From Patescibacteria group bacterium (lineage in GTDB: Bacteria > Patescibacteriota > UBA1384 > UBA12157 > JAENIV01), in the NCBI GenBank assembly GCA_049515915.1, contig JBEKTP010000007.1, forward strand, positions 2,401 through 66,400: a stretch of DNA of 64,000 nt. Reading direction: 5' to 3'. The notes beneath the pieces were generated by a model. It ran no database searches. It was not told the DNA's origin and worked only from the letters and a program-made list of their open reading frames with translations. The translations under genes and the position numbers were made by a program. Positions 59,129 through 64,000 of the stretch are shown here, in pieces (position 1 is the first letter of the stretch; the number at the start of each line of letters is the position of its first letter).

Positions 59129-60466
59129 ATGGATAAAAGATATATCATTATTGGCGCCGGCGTTTTACTTATTATTGTCCTTTTAATTTTGGTTTTAACA
59201 ATGGGTGGAAAAAGTAAAAGTAAAACGGCCGTCGGTTCGAAATTAATTGTTTGGGACTCCGTCGATAATCAGAGTGATTTTACTCAAGCGATTCAAGACT
59301 TCACCAATAACCACCCAGGGTTGGATATTTCTTTCGTCAAAAAAGACCCCGCCACTTATGAAACTGATTCCATCAACGCCATTGCCAGCGGGAACGGACC
59401 GGATGTTTGGATTATCCCTTCCAACTGGATGCCCAGCCAGCTCGACAAATTAGCGGCGATGCCGGCGAAAACTTTGGATCCCAAGGGGAAAAAAGATAAT
59501 GCGTCCTATTTTCAAGATACTTTCGTGCCGGTGACCACGACTGATAGTATTGCCAACGGCCAAGTCTACGGCGTGCCGCTTAATATGGATACTCTTTCGC
59601 TTTATTACAACGCTGACACGCTCGGCAACTGCTACCAGACTTACATCCAAGCCCACCCGTCAGCTGATGCCCAGACCCTTAACAAATTATTAAATAATCC
59701 GCCGGCGACCTGGGATGACATCACTAATATCGTCAAATATTGCGGCGCCAATATGATCGCCTTAGGCACATCCCAAGTCGAGCAAGCCAGCGACATTTTG
59801 ACGGCCATGATGATGCAGGACGGCGCCCAGATGAACGCCGATGATTTCTCGGCCGCTTTGTTCCACACTTCGACGAATCTCTTCGGCGGCGCACCTTACC
59901 CCGGCGCTCAAGCCTTGACATTTTTTACCAGTTTCGCCAAGAGCGGCGACCCCCACAACACCTGGAGTCCAAATGAAAAAAGCGCTTACGACGATTTCGT
60001 CCAGGGCAAAGTCGCCATGATGATTAATTACAGTCAAATCTTCACCCAATTGACCAAAGATCTTGGCAACCAGCCGAACGTCACCGGTCTGCCACAAATT
60101 ACCAAAACCAGCCATCCGGTTGATGTCGCCAACTACCAAATCATGACAGTACCTAAAAGCAGTCAAAACGCCACCTTGGCCTGGAATTTTATCAAAGCAA
60201 CCACGGCCGACGCTTCATTTTTGGGACAATATTTGAGCCAAAAACATCTGGAAAATCCTTATCAGTCGAAAAATCAAGATTCGAGTGATTACAACCAGGC
60301 CCAAGCCGCAGAAGCTCAAAGCTGGCATAATCCGGATCCGGTTAAAGTCCAAAGTATTTTCAACAATGCCATTGATCAAAATTTAAGCGGCCAGAACTCC
60401 CAGACGGTCGTCGAAAGCGCCGCCGCTCAAGTAACTACTTTGCTGGCCGCTTTAAAAGGAAGTTAA
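59129..60466 (+). CDS. Membrane-anchored extracellular solute-binding protein (sugar SBP family 1-like)
   Basis: N-terminal TM, GPDVW, VYGVPLNMDTLSLYYN, PATWDD, FVQGKVAMM and AWNFI. Confidence 0.88.
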   Translation: MDKRYIIIGAGVLLIIVLLILVLTMGGKSKSKTAVGSKLIVWDSVDNQSDFTQAIQDFTNNHPGLDISFVKKDPATYETDSINAIASGNGPDVWIIPSNWMPSQLDKLAAMPAKTLDPKGKKDNASYFQDTFVPVTTTDSIANGQVYGVPLNMDTLSLYYNADTLGNCYQTYIQAHPSADAQTLNKLLNNPPATWDDITNIVKYCGANMIALGTSQVEQASDILTAMMMQDGAQMNADDFSAALFHTSTNLFGGAPYPGAQALTFFTSFAKSGDPHNTWSPNEKSAYDDFVQGKVAMMINYSQIFTQLTKDLGNQPNVTGLPQITKTSHPVDVANYQIMTVPKSSQNATLAWNFIKATTADASFLGQYLSQKHLENPYQSKNQDSSDYNQAQAAEAQSWHNPDPVKVQSIFNNAIDQNLSGQNSQTVVESAAAQVTTLLAALKGS

Positions 60467-60867
60467 TGAAAAAAAATTGGCCCTTGGCTTTTATTATCGT
60501 TTTAATCGGCGCCGGCCTTCTCGCCAGGGGTTTATTCCCCCACGCTTTCGCGGCCGGCGTGCCGACAACGACCAACTCTGGCGTGCCCACAACGACCAAC
60601 TCCACCGTGTCGACAACGACCGATCTTGGTTCTGTCACGACGATTGGCGATTATGTTAACGCTATCATGAAATGGGCCGTGCCGGTTATTAGCACCCTCG
60701 CTATCATTATGCTCATCATTGCCGGCTATATTTATATGACTTCCCAAGGCAATCCCGATTCCATCAAAAACGCCAAAGATATCATCATCGGCGTCGTCTT
60801 GGGACTGGCGCTGCTTTGGCTGGCCAGCTTGCTTTTTAAAACGCTCGGTGCTAACGTCATCCCATGA
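60466..60867 (+). CDS. TrbC/VirB2-like pilin with Thr/Ser-rich repeat
   Basis: Signal peptide (AFA), then TM-AGYIYMTSQGNPDSIKNAKDII-TM. Confidence 0.85.
   Translation: MKKNWPLAFIIVLIGAGLLARGLFPHAFAAGVPTTTNSGVPTTTNSTVSTTTDLGSVTTIGDYVNAIMKWAVPVISTLAIIMLIIAGYIYMTSQGNPDSIKNAKDIIIGVVLGLALLWLASLLFKTLGANVIP
60556..60627 (+). repeat. 3 x 24 bp coding tandem repeat
   Basis: ggcgtgccgacaacgaccaactct / ggcgtgcccacaacgaccaactcc / accgtgtcgacaacgaccgatctt, encoding GVPTTTNS GVPTTTNS TVSTTTDL. Confidence 0.9.
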
Positions 60868-61226
60868 TAAAAATTTTACCCAAAATCAAAAAGGTTGTCT
60901 GGCTGAGTTTGCCGCTTTTATTGATAACTTTGGCGACTAAAGTTTATGCCGATAATCTTAACATCGGCACGATCAATTTTCCTTGGCATTCAAGCTCGGG
61001 AACGCCCCAAGATTTACTGCTCAAAATTATTAATTGGTTTTTGGGTATTATCGGCGCGCTGGCCGTGGTGGCTATTGTTTACGCCGGGATTTTATTTATT
61101 ACGAGTGGTCAAAATGAAACTCAAGTGGAAACGGCCAAAAAAACGCTCACCTGGGCGATTACCGGTTTAATCATCTCGGCTTTGGCCTATTTAATTATCC
61201 ATGAAGTTATCACCCAAATAAAATAA
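60864..61226 (+). CDS. TrbC/VirB2-like pilin
   Basis: VYA signal, then TM-AGILFITSGQNETQVETAKKTLTWAITGL. Confidence 0.85.
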   Translation: MIKILPKIKKVVWLSLPLLLITLATKVYADNLNIGTINFPWHSSSGTPQDLLLKIINWFLGIIGALAVVAIVYAGILFITSGQNETQVETAKKTLTWAITGLIISALAYLIIHEVITQIK

Positions 61227-61227
61227 G

Positions 61228-61569
61228 ATGAAAACTCTCAAAAAAATTCTTCCGATCAGTTTAGCCCTTCTTACTTTTTTGGTTTTTAAAAAAGCCCAAG
61301 CGGCCATCCTGCCAACCTCTTCGCCGGAGTCCTGGACGCTCAATCAAATCCCGGAGGTCTTTAATAATTTCAAAAGTCTTCTTTACGGGCTGGGCGGCGG
61401 GGTGGCGGTCTTACTCTTGATTTACGCGGGATTTACCTACGTGACCGCTTACGGCAACGAGGAACGGGCCACGATGGCTAAAAAAATTATCATCTGGACA
61501 ATTGTGGGGGTGGTTGTTATAATGTGTGCGAGTATAATAATTTCAGAAATAACCAAAATTATCAGTTAG
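61228..61569 (+). CDS. TrbC/VirB2-like pilin
   Basis: AQA signal, then TM-AGFTYVTAYGNEERATMAKKIIIWTIVG. Confidence 0.85.
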   Translation: MKTLKKILPISLALLTFLVFKKAQAAILPTSSPESWTLNQIPEVFNNFKSLLYGLGGGVAVLLLIYAGFTYVTAYGNEERATMAKKIIIWTIVGVVVIMCASIIISEITKIIS

Positions 61570-61608
61570 AAAAATAATAAATTTAAAATAAATTAAGTAG
61601 GAGGACAG

Positions 61609-61938
61609 ATGTTATCTTTATTAGTTGGTCGAGCTTATGCGGCAATCACTAGCACTCAGCTAAATAGCTTAGCCATTCCGTCATTAACGGGAACGACTAA
61701 TGGCTTGATCGGTGTGATTGCTACCATCCTAACCTGGGTTTTCTTGATTGCTGGAATCCTCGCGGTGATTTATCTCATCTACGGCGGTATATTGTATATC
61801 ACCGCCGGCGGCGATGCCGAAAAAGCCACCAAAGGCCGAGTGGCGATTGTCAATGCGATCATCGGCATTATCATCATCGCCTTGGCTTTCTTGATCGTCA
61901 TGTTCGTCAACAACGCGGTCCAAAACGCATCCTCCTAA
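61609..61938 (+). CDS. TrbC/VirB2-like pilin
   Basis: Strong SD GGAGG. AYA, then TM-GGILYITAGGDAEKATKGRVAIVNAIIG. Confidence 0.85.
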   Translation: MLSLLVGRAYAAITSTQLNSLAIPSLTGTTNGLIGVIATILTWVFLIAGILAVIYLIYGGILYITAGGDAEKATKGRVAIVNAIIGIIIIALAFLIVMFVNNAVQNASS

Positions 61939-61960
61939 ATAGATTCTCGGTGTAAAAGAA

Positions 61961-61997
61961 AAAGGGAGACCAACGCGCCTTTGCGTAGTCTCCCTTT
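61961..61997. terminator. Bidirectional intrinsic terminator
   Basis: AAAGGGAGAC/GTCTCCCTTT stem between convergent genes. Confidence 0.7.
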
Positions 61998-62016
61998 AAT
62001 GTGCTTTCGGTGCTTT

Positions 62017-63060
62017 CTAGCGCCGAAAGGTTATGCCATTTTCCATGGCCAGTGAGGTGTCTCCGGCCATGGCGGCCTGGCGGCCGTTATCCTCACAATA
62101 TCGGCACCAGATGGTACCGACTTTTTTTGTCCCTCGGATCACTTTGATCCGGTCCCCTTGATGGACGCGGCCGGGGAAAACTCTCGTCCCCCCGTCGAGC
62201 GCCAAAACCGTCGTAACGGCCGGGGTACTGACGATACGATGTGGCTTCGCCGCTACTCGCGGCTTGGCCGCCAGATGAGCTGTCCGATTCAGCAACCAAG
62301 GGTTGATCCTCGACGCCGGCTTTGATGCCGGGTCTGGCTCGGCTGGCCGGGCGGCGATCTCATCCTCGTGCACTCTTTCAGCTGCAGTTTTTACCTTAGC
62401 GTCTTCGATCGCCAGCCGCTGAAGTTCAGTCATCAGCGGTGGGATGATTTTCGCCACCGCCTTCATCCGAACCTCGTTACTGGGGTCGTTCTGAACGCCC
62501 CCCCAGGCCGAGGTCAAGCACGACCACAACTGGCCGCTGACTTGAATCGCCTCCTGCGAGGTCTGCACGGTTACCGGCACTCCGAGATACTGACTTCCAT
62601 TCTGGATGTCAGCTCGGAGTTCCACCGCCCGCCAACCTTCCAATTGGACATTGATGTCGGCTCTCGCCCGGAAGTTCCGAAGAACTCCCTGCGAGATATT
62701 CGCCCAAACATCTTTGTCCGTCAGCTGTCTCTCGTTCAAAAAGACGACATACTTGGCCCCGCCGGTTAAAACATCGACCGGCTGGCCAAGCTCGCGGGCA
62801 TACACCTGGAAGCCCTGGCGAACGAAGTCCGCCTCGCTTCCAGTGAACATGACACTGAATCTGGGGATGGTCGGCATAACCGGTCTCACCGCTTGTTCAG
62901 TGATCTTCACCTCGGGCGCCACTTGAAGAGGCGCCATGGAGGTAGCTTCCAGCTGACCTGTTTGGCCAGCCGGTTCCTCCGCTTGAGTCCAAGCCCGCGA
63001 CGGCAAGATTGCCACCATCAGAACTACTACCAGAACGACCAGATAAACCTGTGCGCGCAT
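62017..63060 (-). CDS. Secreted hypothetical protein, GC-rich orphan
   Basis: SD AGGAGG precedes ATG 63060. Signal peptide MRAQVYLVVLVVVLMVAIL and an Ala/Pro/Lys-rich linker. Confidence 0.65.
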   Translation of the reverse strand: MRAQVYLVVLVVVLMVAILPSRAWTQAEEPAGQTGQLEATSMAPLQVAPEVKITEQAVRPVMPTIPRFSVMFTGSEADFVRQGFQVYARELGQPVDVLTGGAKYVVFLNERQLTDKDVWANISQGVLRNFRARADINVQLEGWRAVELRADIQNGSQYLGVPVTVQTSQEAIQVSGQLWSCLTSAWGGVQNDPSNEVRMKAVAKIIPPLMTELQRLAIEDAKVKTAAERVHEDEIAARPAEPDPASKPASRINPWLLNRTAHLAAKPRVAAKPHRIVSTPAVTTVLALDGGTRVFPGRVHQGDRIKVIRGTKKVGTIWCRYCEDNGRQAAMAGDTSLAMENGITFRR

Positions 63061-63152
63061 TCTAGTGCGCCTCCTGAAAAAGATTCCGTCACACCTGCTA
63101 CCAGCAGGTGAATAAAGTGTCAAGGTACAACCCATCCACCTTGAGACCCCAT

Positions 63153-63181
63153 AGTATAGCACACATAGCATCAAATGTCAA
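63153..63181 (-). promoter_or_regulatory. Near-consensus sigma70 promoter
   Basis: TTGACA-N17-TATACT with extended -10 TG. Confidence 0.7.
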
Positions 63182-63211
63182 TATGATTAACAGGTTCAAT
63201 TTATTCCATAT

Positions 63212-63237
63212 AAAAAATAACAGGTTGAATAACCTGT
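63212..63237 (-). terminator. Intrinsic terminator of the ATPase gene
   Basis: ACAGGTT-ATTC-AACCTGT followed by TATTTTTT on the minus strand. Confidence 0.6.
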
Positions 63238-63278
63238 CAAAAATTGGTCTAAAGGCAAGAACTTTTAATTAACTTATT

Positions 63279-64000
63279 TTATTCTTGGGTCACCCGCTCG
63301 ACTTCTCCTTTAGTGGTCAAACCGGCGGCCACTTTTTTCATCCCGTCTTCCAGCATTGTTTCCATCCCCAACTTATGAGCGGTCTCTTCAAACGAACGCA
63401 AAGGCGCTTTTTCAAGAACCAATTTTTCGATTTCCGCGCCCGGTTTTAAAACTTCAATAATCGCTAATCTTCCTTTAAAGCCGGTGTGATGGCATTCTTC
63501 ACAGCCTTTGCCGCCGCAAACTTTATGAATCATTCTGACCAGTCGTTGCGAGATGATAAGGTCAATCGTCCCCGCCAATAAATACGGTTCAATACCCATT
63601 TCGGTCAATCGCGCCAGGGCGGCCGGTGCATTAGTCGTGTGCAGAGTCGTCAGCACCAAATGACCCGTCAGAGCCGCCTGCAGCGTGACTTCGGCCGTTT
63701 CTTTGTCACGGATCTCACCAATCATTAAAATATCCGGGTCTTGCCTGAGGCACCCTTTGAGAGCGTCTAAAAAGACGGTTTGTTCTCGCTCAGCCAGCGT
63801 TTCGGTCTCTTCGCTACCGCCCCGCTCTTTTTCAGGATGGATAATTTGAACTTGTTCAATCCCCTCGATTCGATATTCAATCGGGTCTTCCAAAGTGATA
63901 ATCTTTTTGCCCGGCTGATTTAAAACTTTTAAAATGGCGTACAAAGTCGTCGTTTTCCCCGAACCGGTCGGGCCGGTATTAATAATCATGCCTTGAGGCT
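63279..64000 (-). CDS. PilB/GspE-family pilus assembly ATPase, 5' end outside window
   Basis: GPTGSGKTT, TLEDPIEY, LRQDPDILMIGEIRD, TGHLVLTTLHT and SQRLVR. Confidence 0.93.
   Translation of the reverse strand, partial: PQGMIINTGPTGSGKTTTLYAILKVLNQPGKKIITLEDPIEYRIEGIEQVQIIHPEKERGGSEETETLAEREQTVFLDALKGCLRQDPDILMIGEIRDKETAEVTLQAALTGHLVLTTLHTTNAPAALARLTEMGIEPYLLAGTIDLIISQRLVRMIHKVCGGKGCEECHHTGFKGRLAIIEVLKPGAEIEKLVLEKAPLRSFEETAHKLGMETMLEDGMKKVAAGLTTKGEVERVTQE

Noticed and set aside
1-64000. CRISPR array, rRNA, intact transposase or integrase
   Set aside because: No regularly spaced repeats or matching ORFs were seen. The remaining short overlapping ORFs are shadows of well-supported genes.

Overview
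This window looks like Patescibacteria (CPR) DNA in genetic code 11; the taxonomy is inferred from gene content. It is dominated by a ~53 kb surface-glycosylation locus (3255-56144). The locus encodes 9 GT-B and 3 polyprenol-phosphate-type GT2 glycosyltransferases, 5 GT-C-like membrane proteins, 2 O-antigen-ligase-like proteins, 3 Wzx flippases, GtrA and DUF2304. It also encodes a WbpA/B/E/D/I-like diacetamido-uronic acid pathway and many tailoring enzymes. No initiating phosphoglycosyltransferase, Wzz/Wzc or Wza is recognisable in the window. A K+-independent H+-PPase lies on the left flank. On the right are a lysozyme-like/NBR1-Ig secreted protein, an hsp20-galU-solute-binding protein-4x VirB2-like pilin operon and a PilB/GspE ATPase. 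Other notable observations: two tRNA-Ser genes that both carry C33 instead of the near-invariant U33; a tRNA-Arg(GCG); a 420 bp att-flanked islet and a replication-relaxation pseudogene at tRNA-Ser; a 109 bp hairpin element inserted in frame in a GT-C gene; heptamer arrays between and inside genes; and an orphan Pycsar-like membrane effector. All family calls come from motif recognition by eye, not from database searches.
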